A stretch of 64,000 nt of DNA, taken from NCBI GenBank assembly GCA_947259355.1, contig CAMYMF010000010.1:170-64169 (forward strand). The letters run 5' to 3'. Positions 12,075-20,384 of the stretch are shown one piece after another (the first letter of the stretch is position 1; every line of letters starts with the position of its first letter). A program made the translations under genes and the position numbers. Origin of the DNA: an uncultured Nitrospirota bacterium. Its GTDB lineage: Bacteria; CG2-30-53-67. Under the pieces are notes generated by a model. The model was given only the letters and a program-made list of their open reading frames with translations, was not told the origin of the DNA and searched no databases.

Positions 12075-12533
12075 ATGCACCATATTTACCGAGGATTCGT
12101 TTGTCTATCGTTCATCGCTGGTTGCAACTCTCAGCCGGAACCAACGTCTGCGGTACGCGGACAGCCACGGTGGACGAATGATCAAGTTATCCAGCGGATC
12201 ATGAACGGCGAACTGGGTGACAACCTGGCCGATCGTGCAAGGAAGACGGACAACTTGTGGATGCGCGAGATAGACCAGAATGTCCTTCCCATGCAGATCT
12301 TCTACTATGCCGACTATCGCGCCGGCATCTCTGTGCTGGTCGAAAACGACAAACCAATTCTCCTTTGTGCCGGATATGGCAGCGGCCCCGTGTCAGGCCT
12401 GACAGTCGTCTCCAGGGGTGGCAAGACGGTTTTGACATATACCTACACCATCGGAAGCGGGGTCCAGCACCTGTATGAAGCGGAGTATGTTCTCGGGTCG
12501 GGAGTCGGCTTTTCAGAGAAGATGACAAACTAA
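12075..12533 (+). CDS. hypothetical lipoprotein
   Basis: Signal MHHIYRGFVCLSFIAGC with lipobox IAGC. No recognisable domain. Start could also be 12054. Confidence 0.6.
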   Translation: MHHIYRGFVCLSFIAGCNSQPEPTSAVRGQPRWTNDQVIQRIMNGELGDNLADRARKTDNLWMREIDQNVLPMQIFYYADYRAGISVLVENDKPILLCAGYGSGPVSGLTVVSRGGKTVLTYTYTIGSGVQHLYEAEYVLGSGVGFSEKMTN

Positions 12534-12601
12534 CCCTCGGACATCCCACTTGGCGGGGATGCATCAAAAATACGCATGCCTTGCCACGGGAGGCTGCATC
12601 A

Positions 12602-12772
12602 ATGACACCTCAAAGGCAACCCACCCGCTCCAATGGGATATGTGACATCCGAAGCATGGGTTGTCTGCTGGTATTTGTGGGCATCGTGGGAGCCATGTTT
12701 GGCATGGCTGGTATGCTTGGAATCATCAAGAATCTTGAACTTAAATTCCTCGGCATCGAGCTGAACAATTAA
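12602..12772 (+). CDS. small single-TM membrane protein (56 aa)
   Basis: GGGAGG at 12588-12593 lies 8 nt before the ATG. One hydrophobic helix (CLLVFVGIVGAMFGMAGMLGII). Sits just upstream of the MtrA-like gene. Confidence 0.4.
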   Translation: MTPQRQPTRSNGICDIRSMGCLLVFVGIVGAMFGMAGMLGIIKNLELKFLGIELNN

Positions 12773-12823
12773 CGTACATGATTGTTGACCGTTGAGTTCA
12801 TGTTGGCTTAAGTTGAAAAAACG

Positions 12824-13519
12824 ATGCGAAAAGTGGATCCCCATCCAGATTATCCCCCGGAAGACGGCCAGTATCTGAGAGGCAATGATTTCTCTCCGGT
12901 TGCCGTGGCCATCATCTTGAATTGTGATGCAGACAAAATCCCGCCCGAGCTTGAAAACCTTGTACGGGCTGGGATCGAGACGGGGGCCGCCCTATCAGGA
13001 ACCGTACAAACCGAGAATATTGGATTCGAGAAAATGCTCTGTAACATCGTCTCCAATTCCAATATCCGTTATCTCATCGTAGGCGGCCCCGAATCGCCGG
13101 GCCATTTGACGGGTGAGGCTTTAAAAGCTTTGATTCATAATGGGGTGGACGAGAAGAAGCGTATCGTAGAAACCGACGCGCCCCATCCTTTTCTATTCAA
13201 CGTCTCTATGGAGATGATTGAACGCTTCCGGAAACAGCTCTCGTTGATCGACCTTCAGTTTCAGGGAGACCCCGAATTGATTCGAAAGGCCGTCTGGTGC
13301 TGTTATCAGGAAAGTCCTGTCGCGTTTCGTGGTTATTCGCTGTACGATCCAGGCGCCTACCCAGAGAGCCCTCTCAGCGGCAGGCTGACATGGCGTGTCA
13401 CCCAGCCATGGACTGAAGTGTTGGATGAAAAAGAGCGTGAGGCAAAAGAGAAAGCACTGGCGCTCATAGAGCGCTTAAAGGCAAGAGCCAAGAAAGGCAA
13501 AGAGAACCTGCAAGAGTAG
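12824..13519 (+). CDS. MtrA-like (tetrahydromethanopterin S-methyltransferase subunit A family) corrinoid-binding protein
   Basis: YPPEDGQYLRGNDFSPVAVAIIL..TENIGFEKMLCNIVSNSNIRYLIVGGPESPGHLTGEALKALIHNGVD matches the MtrA core as I recall it, including the His in the GH-TG motif. It has no C-terminal TM helix and carries a Lys/Glu-rich tail instead. Confidence 0.7.
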   Translation: MRKVDPHPDYPPEDGQYLRGNDFSPVAVAIILNCDADKIPPELENLVRAGIETGAALSGTVQTENIGFEKMLCNIVSNSNIRYLIVGGPESPGHLTGEALKALIHNGVDEKKRIVETDAPHPFLFNVSMEMIERFRKQLSLIDLQFQGDPELIRKAVWCCYQESPVAFRGYSLYDPGAYPESPLSGRLTWRVTQPWTEVLDEKEREAKEKALALIERLKARAKKGKENLQE

Positions 13520-13632
13520 CGGACAAGGGAGTCCTCAGGCGATACAGATTGACTGACCGCCGAGACTATCCATGTGCAGAATGTGCAACCGTGATCCGAT
13601 CAAAACTTGATGCTCACGAGGAGGGATTGAAC

Positions 13633-13962
13633 ATGAGCAAGGCCGACATCTATTGGAGCGGTGCATCGGGGAAAAAATACGGCTACTGGATTCATGCCAT
13701 AGATACAGCGTTCCGGAAAATAGCCGGCAATAGCATTTTTGCGAAGCAGACAGAAAGCGGAGACTGGGTACCAATTTATATCGGCCAGACCCGGAATTTC
13801 GACCTGGGGCTGACGGATGATCGGGAAAAGATGGCCTGCGCCCGCCAGAATGGTGCCACCCATGTCCACACCCATTTCAGCTCCCCCGATGAACCCATCC
13901 GAAGAGCGGAGGTGGAGGACCTGGTGGCGCAATGGAAACCGGTCTGCAATTCGCGCCCATGA
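13633..13962 (+). CDS. hypothetical protein, GIY-YIG-like
   Basis: GAGGAGGG SD before the ATG at 13633. ..KYGYWI..IYIGQTRNF.. and a C-terminal ..E.DLV..WKPVCN pattern resemble small GIY-YIG superfamily proteins. Confidence 0.5.
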   Translation: MSKADIYWSGASGKKYGYWIHAIDTAFRKIAGNSIFAKQTESGDWVPIYIGQTRNFDLGLTDDREKMACARQNGATHVHTHFSSPDEPIRRAEVEDLVAQWKPVCNSRP

Positions 13963-14032
13963 ATGACAGACCGTCTACCGGCGACGCATCCCAGCAAATG
14001 ATTAAGGAGCCCTGTCTCACGAGACTGCGACT

Positions 14033-14338
14033 ATGGCGAAGCGATCGAAATCGTCACCGGACAAACGTTGGTCGGGGAAGGTAACCCGAGAGAGCAATGC
14101 ACTGGATCTGGAGGAGGGGGTCTTCACGTGGTCGGATCCGAAGAGGATTGCGCGGTCCCTCAAGCGCTCAGCGGACAGCAGCACCCGTCGCAAAGCCCCC
14201 CCATTCCGCTCCGCCATGTCGATGCTCGTCTTCTATATGAACCGAGCAGGCAGGAATCTGAACGAGGACCAGCTGCGAATTCTGGAGCAGGCCAAGGAAG
14301 AGCTCCGCGGACTCTATGGGAAGCGCCGCCATCCATGA
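14033..14338 (+). CDS. DUF3175-family protein
   Basis: ..SNALDLEEGVFTWSDPKRIARSLKRSADSSTRRKAPPFRSAMSMLVFYMNRAGRNL.. matches the family pattern as I recall it. Confidence 0.8.
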   Translation: MAKRSKSSPDKRWSGKVTRESNALDLEEGVFTWSDPKRIARSLKRSADSSTRRKAPPFRSAMSMLVFYMNRAGRNLNEDQLRILEQAKEELRGLYGKRRHP

Positions 14339-14374
14339 TTGCCGGTGGGGCCCCCACCAAAGGGAGCATGCATC

Positions 14375-15160
14375 ATGTCAGAGAAGCGACCCGTTTTGTA
14401 TCACGCAGAAAAGGGCATCGCCCGGATGACCCTCCACAGACCGGAAGCCCTCAATGCCATGAACAGGGACTTACTGGAACGACTGGGGTCGCTTCTTGCC
14501 GAAGCCAAGGCCGATGACGGTGTGAAGGCCGTGATCATCACCGGCACAGGGGACAAGGCCTTTTCCGCCGGCGCGGATATTGCGTTCCTCCATCAGGCGT
14601 CACCCCTCGCGGTGCGGGAGTTCGCTGAGATGGCTGTATCGGTTAATCAGCAGATTGAGACGCTGGGAAAAGTGGTCGTGGCTGCGATGAACGGGTTTGC
14701 TCTCGGGGGCGGCCTGGAGCTCGCGGAGGCTTGCACGCTCCGAGTAGCTGTTCGAGGTGCTCGCTTAGGTCATCCCGAGGTTCGCATCGGCGCCATCGCC
14801 GGTTTCGGCGGCACCACCAGACTTCCCAGATTGATCGGCAAAGGACGGGCTGCAGAGCTCCTTCTGACGGGACGCCTGGTGGCTGCGGAAGAAGCTTTGC
14901 AAATGGGACTCGTGAACCGCGTCGTGGGTCGTGAGGATTTGCTTTCCGAGACGGAAGGTCTCATCCTTGAAATCCTTGCGCAGTCCCCCAGTGCCGTCCG
15001 CCTGACGTGGGAGGCCATGCATCGCGGCTTGAACATGACCCTCGAAGAATCCGCACGCCTCGGTGCAGATTACTTCGCTCTGGCAGCTTCCACGGAGGAT
15101 TTTCGAGCGGGGACCAAAGCCTTTCTCGACAAGGCGCCTCCGTCCTTCAAAGGTAAATGA
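14375..15160 (+). CDS. enoyl-CoA hydratase/isomerase (crotonase family)
   Basis: ..ALNAMN..VIITGTGDKAFSAGADI..VVAAMNGFALGGGLELAEAC... ATG at 14375 with an AAGGGAG SD. Confidence 0.9.
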   Translation: MSEKRPVLYHAEKGIARMTLHRPEALNAMNRDLLERLGSLLAEAKADDGVKAVIITGTGDKAFSAGADIAFLHQASPLAVREFAEMAVSVNQQIETLGKVVVAAMNGFALGGGLELAEACTLRVAVRGARLGHPEVRIGAIAGFGGTTRLPRLIGKGRAAELLLTGRLVAAEEALQMGLVNRVVGREDLLSETEGLILEILAQSPSAVRLTWEAMHRGLNMTLEESARLGADYFALAASTEDFRAGTKAFLDKAPPSFKGK

Positions 15161-15475
15161 GCTGGGATACCACAGGCTATCGTTGCGCATGAGGTCGAGG
15201 CATTCCGGTCGCTGGCTCCTTTTCAAGCCTTCATTTGTGTTATCGCCTACCCTCCCAAGGTTCCAAGTGCTGCCCCGTATTTCGTGATCTGCCGTATGTT
15301 TTGCGGTTCCTCTGTATTCGAGTTCATCTATGACGCTACGTATCACGGGGAAGAGAAACACATCATCTCACCAAGAATGTGACGAAACCCCTGCGTTGAC
15401 GGTATCCGGATTCAGGAGTATTTTTGCAGTAGGCTCTAAAAAGCAAATCTCCATCAGCAACCGGAGGAACAAGAG

Positions 15476-15875
15476 ATGAATCTTATGCGGACCATCATTT
15501 TGGCAACGGCACTGACTCTTTTGGCTGCCACAGCTTCAGGACAAGAGCCTCCGAAGTTTTACAAGGAGACATTCCCTGAGCATGCCCTCAAATCCAAACT
15601 CGAAGCCGAACAGGTGCTCGTGGGCAAGGATGCAAAGCTCGACGCGAAGACCCGTGAGCTCATCGCGTTGGGCGTCTCGGCCCAGATTCCCTGCGAATAC
15701 TGTGTCTACGTCCATCAGAAGAATGCTCGGCAGGAAGGGGCCAGTGAGGCCGAAATCCGTGAAGCCGTCGCGACCGCTGCCCACGTGCGGCAATTGGAGT
15801 ACTGTTCTGAACGGCATGGGGTATGACTTCGAAGCTTTCAAAGCGGAAGTGGACAAGATGCATGCACCGAAATGA
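15476..15875 (+). pseudogene. carboxymuconolactone decarboxylase (AhpD-like) family gene with apparent frameshift near 15791
   Basis: Signal peptide and the IPCEYCVYVH motif lie in frame 1. The expected C-terminus NWSTVLNGMGYDFEAFKAEVDKMHAPK continues in the +1 frame (ORF ending 15875), while frame 1 stops at 15826. Confidence 0.65.
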
Positions 15876-16214
15876 CACCGGTCGGTGCCGGCAAGAAGGT
15901 ATCCTTGCGCTGGTTCCCGGTGGATGGAAGCGGGTAGACCGGACGGCTCATGCCATATCCAGGCTGGACAGAAGGGGGGTACCGGTGTGGCTCTTTATAC
16001 ATACCCTCATCCCTAAAGCGCACATGGCCTTAGACACAAGGCGCCGTACCGGAAGGCACCGGAGATGAATTTAACAGCAGGTTGAGGGCGCAGAGAGAGC
16101 ACCCTACAGGCACCACGGCACTCTCTCTGCGGTGCTGCTGCAGAATGAACGTGCGATCTGCGGTACGAGCGCTTCCACAACCCTTTATGACGTTCCCCTC
16201 CGGCTGCTGCCGGT

Positions 16215-17501
16215 TTAATGCCCGATCGCCTTCTTTCCTTTTGCCTTTTCAGCGAAGGTGGGCATGGGATAAACGAAATTGCCGGTCCGCGCGTCCCGAG
16301 GCCAGACGATCACCCGCTTCCCATCCTGCCATTGCACATCAACCATAGAATGGCCGACCTGGAGTCCCGTCTCATCAATATTCCAGCCGCCGTAGAAGGA
16401 CATGAATGTTAGATGCCCCAGGGCTTCTCTAACTTTATCCGAGTCGACCGAATTGGCCTTTTCCACGCCCAAGGTATAGGCCAACACCTGGGCACCGGCT
16501 TCCGCAGCATGATAATCGGGAATCATATCTTTCCCAACGGCTTTCTTGAAAAGCGTCACAAACTCGTCCTGGTCCGGACCAATCCAATGTATGCCAGCCT
16601 GTTTAGCATCGGCCTCCGCATATTTCACCCCATATTCCCAGTGCGACGGCCCGGTCACGCCTTCGGCCATGGTCGTTAAAGCCTGATAGAAAGCAGGCAG
16701 CGTCGCAGCAGCAATGAGGGACAATCCCTTCACATTGATATCGAGGTCCGCCATCTGTCGGTTGAAAAGCTGACCATCTTCAAAGTGTCCGCCGCCTAGA
16801 ATGAAGTCCGGCTTGGTCGCTTTTAGGGCCGATAGAAGGGGTGTGAGATCGGTCACACCCTTCGGATAAGTTCTCGCGAAAACAATCTCAAGGCCGAGCT
16901 TCGTTGCATGTTCCGTCGCGCCAACCATCACCATCCTGGCGAATTCAGAATCCTCGTAGGCCAGAGCAATCCTCGCGTTGGGGTCGGTTTCCTTGATCAT
17001 ATTCAGCGTGCCTTGATGATAACCCGTGGCCGGTCCGATGGTCTGAACGATGTACTTGAAGCCTTGTTGGAAAATGGCATTACTGGCACCCCCGTGATCC
17101 ATGTAACAGACCTGAAAGCTCTCCGTCACCGGCGCGCCCCGAAGGGTTAGCCCCGAACTGTAGGGAGAGAACACCACATCAACCTTATCGCGGGTCACCA
17201 GGCGGCCGATAAGACTTGTAACCGCTTCTTTGTTGGATTCACGGTCATAGTATTTGTATTCCAGGGGCACTTTCTTCCCCTCTAGCATAACCCCGCCATA
17301 GACATGATTGACCCAATCAACAATCGCCTTAATGCCGCCGACGGCCTGCTCCCCCGCCTTCGCATATTTCCCGGAAAGACAGGCTGGATGGCCGATGACG
17401 ATTTTGTCGCGACTGCCCGCAGACACCGGCGTCAGGTTGGAGAGCAGCAAATAGAGAATCCCCGTGAACACAAATAGCCCTTTCACTATTTTAGATCTCA
17501 T
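16215..17501 (-). CDS. ABC transporter substrate-binding protein, branched-chain amino acid (LivK-like) type
   Basis: Signal peptide MRSKIVKGLFVFTGILYLLLSNLTPVSA and a Peripla_BP_6-like body. AAAAGGAGG SD before the ATG at 17501. Confidence 0.88.
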   Translation of the reverse strand: MRSKIVKGLFVFTGILYLLLSNLTPVSAGSRDKIVIGHPACLSGKYAKAGEQAVGGIKAIVDWVNHVYGGVMLEGKKVPLEYKYYDRESNKEAVTSLIGRLVTRDKVDVVFSPYSSGLTLRGAPVTESFQVCYMDHGGASNAIFQQGFKYIVQTIGPATGYHQGTLNMIKETDPNARIALAYEDSEFARMVMVGATEHATKLGLEIVFARTYPKGVTDLTPLLSALKATKPDFILGGGHFEDGQLFNRQMADLDINVKGLSLIAAATLPAFYQALTTMAEGVTGPSHWEYGVKYAEADAKQAGIHWIGPDQDEFVTLFKKAVGKDMIPDYHAAEAGAQVLAYTLGVEKANSVDSDKVREALGHLTFMSFYGGWNIDETGLQVGHSMVDVQWQDGKRVIVWPRDARTGNFVYPMPTFAEKAKGKKAIGH

Positions 17502-17716
17502 TGTCAACCTCCTTTTGCATGAGTCATTCGCTCCAAATCCGCCCTCCCGTTCTTGACTCCTCATCGTCCATGTCCCCGATGCACCTCCTTCAACTTGCGG
17601 ACGGATTGTCGGATACGGCTCATATGGACGCCCCCTTGGTCATTATCTTAACTCCCTCCTTTCTCCCACATCCATCTGGGTGATTGGGCAGTCTGTTCTA
17701 CCTTCGATGGTCCGCC

Positions 17717-17961
17717 ACAAAAAAGGGCCGAACCCACCCAAGGTTTTCTCCTTCGGCAGCTCGGCCGTCTTTCCCCCACAAAGACCCGACGCTTTCTGTC
17801 AGCCTGTCACCAGGCGTTTGGCTTTATCGGGAAGTCTGGTTTTCGAGGATTCTATTGTCGATTGAAGATATCCCCTCCCCTCATTTTTTCTACTCAGGCA
17901 CCACTATAGGGACCTGTCAAGTGAACGCGGAGAAAAAATTTGAAATTTATCTGGACATGAA
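17717..17961 (-). promoter_or_regulatory. structured 5' leader with intrinsic terminator (copy A of a paralogous leader pair)
   Basis: Aligns with 36247-36492 over its whole length; the 48-nt core (17749-17796) is 42/48 identical. On the RNA strand, the hairpin GGCCGAGCUGCCGAAGGAGAAAACCUUGGGUGGGUUCGGCC is followed by U6. A conserved TTGACAG block lies at the 5' end. Confidence 0.55.
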
Positions 17962-18090
17962 ACTCGAGAAAGGCCTTGTTATAAATGCACAACAGTCGTT
18001 TCGAAAACAGAATGAACCGGCCCCAGCTTTTGATCTTTCCACGCCCCATAACGGGGCAAGGTGCCATCTAAATCTATGGCCCTTTTCGAT

Positions 18091-18530
18091 TCAAACCGCT
18101 TTTCGCGCACGAAACGGATAGCCAAATGTCCCGAATTTGCGTGCATTCTCCTCGCCGTTCGTCCCCGCATAGGTGTCGACCGAAGGACCAAATGCAACGT
18201 CCACAAACCCAACCCCTTCGATCACGACGGTCCATCCCGCACGGGGCAGGGCGCCGGCAATTCAACCGGTCCAGAGGCCGATGTCCCGTTTGGCGTTCTC
18301 CGAAAGAGCATTGTCGACACATATATCGGCCATTTGTATCCTACCCCCCGGGCGGAGCACCCGCGCAACTTCCCGATAAGCGGTCACTTGGTCGGGCACG
18401 AGGTTGAGCACCCCGTTTGAGACCACCGGGTCCGCCCATCCGTCCGGCACGGGAAGTTCCCAGCAAGTCCTTGTCGAAACTCTAGCCCGAATACTGCACG
18501 AGTGATCATGATGAGAAGCCGAAGAAGCGC
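18091..18530 (-). pseudogene. ArsM-like SAM-dependent methyltransferase remnant
   Basis: ..LPVPDGWADPVVSNGVLNLVPDQVTAYREVARVLRPGGRIQMADI..LWTG*IAGALPRAGWTVVIEGVGFVDV... There is an in-frame TGA at 18262-18264, a frameshift upstream (LEFRQGLAG is in another frame), and no motif-I N-terminus. Confidence 0.6.
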
Positions 18531-18582
18531 GGTAGGCAAGGCGCGGAAGATTTGCTGGCTGAAGACATATTGTAATATTTAA

Positions 18583-18745
18583 GTGGTCCTGTTCGCAATT
18601 ATGGTGAAGCATCGAGACGGTTGTAGCGCGGTTTCCTCAAGGCGCGCGACTGAGGCGTACCCCCTGCGGTACGTCGCAGGGAGCGGAACGCAGAGGAGGG
18701 TGCGCTACGGCACTCGAATACCCTCGTATTTGCGAACAGGACCAC
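18583..18745. repeat. 163-bp element bounded by perfect 16-bp inverted repeats (MITE-like or structured RNA)
   Basis: GTGGTCCTGTTCGCAA (18583-18598) pairs with TTGCGAACAGGACCAC (18730-18745). Nested complementary blocks TCGAG/CTCGA and GTAGCGC/GCGCTAC lie inside. Confidence 0.6.
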
Positions 18746-19075
18746 CTGATCAGGACATTCAATGCAACGACGCATACGGCAGCTTATCCGTCTTCGCAGA
18801 ATGCTACGCCGCGACAAGTCCGGCCTCGGAATCGACTTACTCATGCAATATCCGGGCTCGGCGCCATTGCCAATCCCTCTTTGTATTCCACGCCGCAGGA
18901 GAACCCCAAGATATCGAAGGCACGTTGCATTCGCGTACCCAAATCGGCCCGGCCATAGACGTGAAGCGCTTTGGGTGACGAGGACCTCCGTGAAAAACAT
19001 GAGGGGCATATCCAGGCTGGAAGTTCTCGACAGGATAGCGACCGTCCGAGAAGACTGCGGCTAATTGTGCGGGCA

Positions 19076-19735
19076 TTAACGAGACCGCTTGACAGGCTCT
19101 CCGTCGCCGCCAAAAACGGCGTCGGCCACTTCTTTGTTCGTTTGGAGTCCAATATCGAGCATGGAGCAGTACATCCTGTTGGCGATGGCTTCGCTGTCGA
19201 CTTTCATCGCACTGGTGAGCGTACAATTGATGATGAATGTTTCTTCGGCGTAGATTTCCAGAATCTCGTTATGCAGGTTGAGGAACCGCTCCTTGTTGTT
19301 GCCGAAGCTTTTCCGGACCAGATCGTGATAGTCCGCTCCGTCTTTGGTTGCCAGCAGTTGTTGAAAAAGGCCTACCTGGTGGCGGGCTCTCTTGCGCCGA
19401 AGGGGCGTGAGCTTCTCATAATCGAAGCAGATCTTGACGGGGAGGAATTTGATGTCTCTCAGCAGGAATTGATCGATATCCCTACCGACGGCGATCAGCT
19501 CATCCAGATCGTCCTCTGTGATCTGTCGGCCGGCCTGATGAAGGGTGACCGCCAGGTCGAGATAATCCCGGTGATACTCCAGTTCCCGTTTCACCCGGTG
19601 CATGAGAAACTTCTTGAACACCGGGAATTGAATCACCGAGACTTTCCGACCGCATTCATCGAGGCATCGTTTGAAAAGGGTATGCAGAAACCAGTCGGCG
19701 AACTGCATGATCTCCTTTTCCGTGTCAATGCTCAT
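19076..19735 (-). CDS. hypothetical protein (219 aa)
   Basis: Long ORF with normal codon texture; start chosen at MSIDTEKE. No recognisable domain. Confidence 0.55.
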   Translation of the reverse strand: MSIDTEKEIMQFADWFLHTLFKRCLDECGRKVSVIQFPVFKKFLMHRVKRELEYHRDYLDLAVTLHQAGRQITEDDLDELIAVGRDIDQFLLRDIKFLPVKICFDYEKLTPLRRKRARHQVGLFQQLLATKDGADYHDLVRKSFGNNKERFLNLHNEILEIYAEETFIINCTLTSAMKVDSEAIANRMYCSMLDIGLQTNKEVADAVFGGDGEPVKRSR

Positions 19736-19842
19736 GGTTTGCCCGCCCCAGACATGACAGGAATTTGCTTCAGAAACATCTAGAACTCTACCACCCGTAT
19801 TGAATCTGTCAACGGGGTGGCCAAGGACCTGTTCTGTCACCC

Positions 19843-19874
19843 TAAAAAAAAGCCCCACGGTTTCCCATGGGGCT
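19843..19874 (-). terminator. rho-independent terminator of csp
   Basis: Stem AGCCCCA/TGGGGCT (19851-19857 / 19868-19874) followed on the minus strand by U8 (complement of the A run at 19843-19850). Confidence 0.8.
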
Positions 19875-19900
19875 TTTCGGTTCACAAGGTCTGATAAAGA

Positions 19901-20101
19901 TTAGAGCTTGATCACGTTGGAGGCTTGCGGGCCTTTCTGTCCTTGACTTACGTCAAAACTGACCCGTTGACCCTCTTCCAGTGTCTTGAAGCCCTCATCC
20001 TTGATCTCGGAATAATGGACGAACACGTCGGGGCCATCGCTCTGCTCGATGAAGCCAAAACCCTTGCCATCGTTGAACCACTTGACTGTACCTTCTGACA
20101 T
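19901..20101 (-). CDS. cold-shock protein (CspA family)
   Basis: [33 protein letters not shown] with RNP1/RNP2 motifs; 66 aa. Confidence 0.97.
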   Translation of the reverse strand: MSEGTVKWFNDGKGFGFIEQSDGPDVFVHYSEIKDEGFKTLEEGQRVSFDVSQGQKGPQASNVIKL

Positions 20102-20163
20102 CTTTTTCTCCTTCTCTCAGAAATGAAACAGTGAAACCATGTGCAGCAATAACCAATAACCAT

Positions 20164-20195
20164 AAAAAAAACGCACAGTCCTTGAAGTCTGTGCG
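20164..20195 (-). promoter_or_regulatory. hairpin plus U8 inside the csp 5' UTR
   Basis: On the minus strand, CGCACAG-N10-CUGUGCG is followed by UUUUUUUU, 63-94 nt upstream of the csp ATG. No upstream minus-strand gene needs terminating here. Confidence 0.45.
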
Positions 20196-20384
20196 GTTTA
20201 TTATTTCGCTATTTCACGATGATAAATCTGCACAACCCAAACTTACCATAGCAGTACAACACAACCGTTGCACGATGTCAATGTTTATTTTTGCTTTCTT
20301 TTGAGAGAGTTGACATTTCGGCTTTCTCCGCTATTAATAATTTTATTATCATTACAGTCCACTGTTTCCCCAAGGTCAGGCAAG

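Noticed and set aside
17749-17796. An ANTAR-type dual hexaloop hairpin target in the conserved core.
   Set aside because: Only one 4-bp stem with a hexaloop (CGGC-CGAGCT-GCCG in A; UGGC-CGGGCU-GCCG in B) can be drawn, and its first loop base is C, not A. I could not find the second hairpin. Kept only as a remote possibility.
18262-18264. A TGA at the conserved ArsM cysteine codon could be a selenocysteine codon.
   Set aside because: The same gene also has a frameshift and lacks its N-terminal SAM-binding region. I could not fold a convincing SECIS-like hairpin directly 3' of the TGA, and the window's formate dehydrogenase uses Cys. A nonsense mutation in a pseudogene is the simpler reading.
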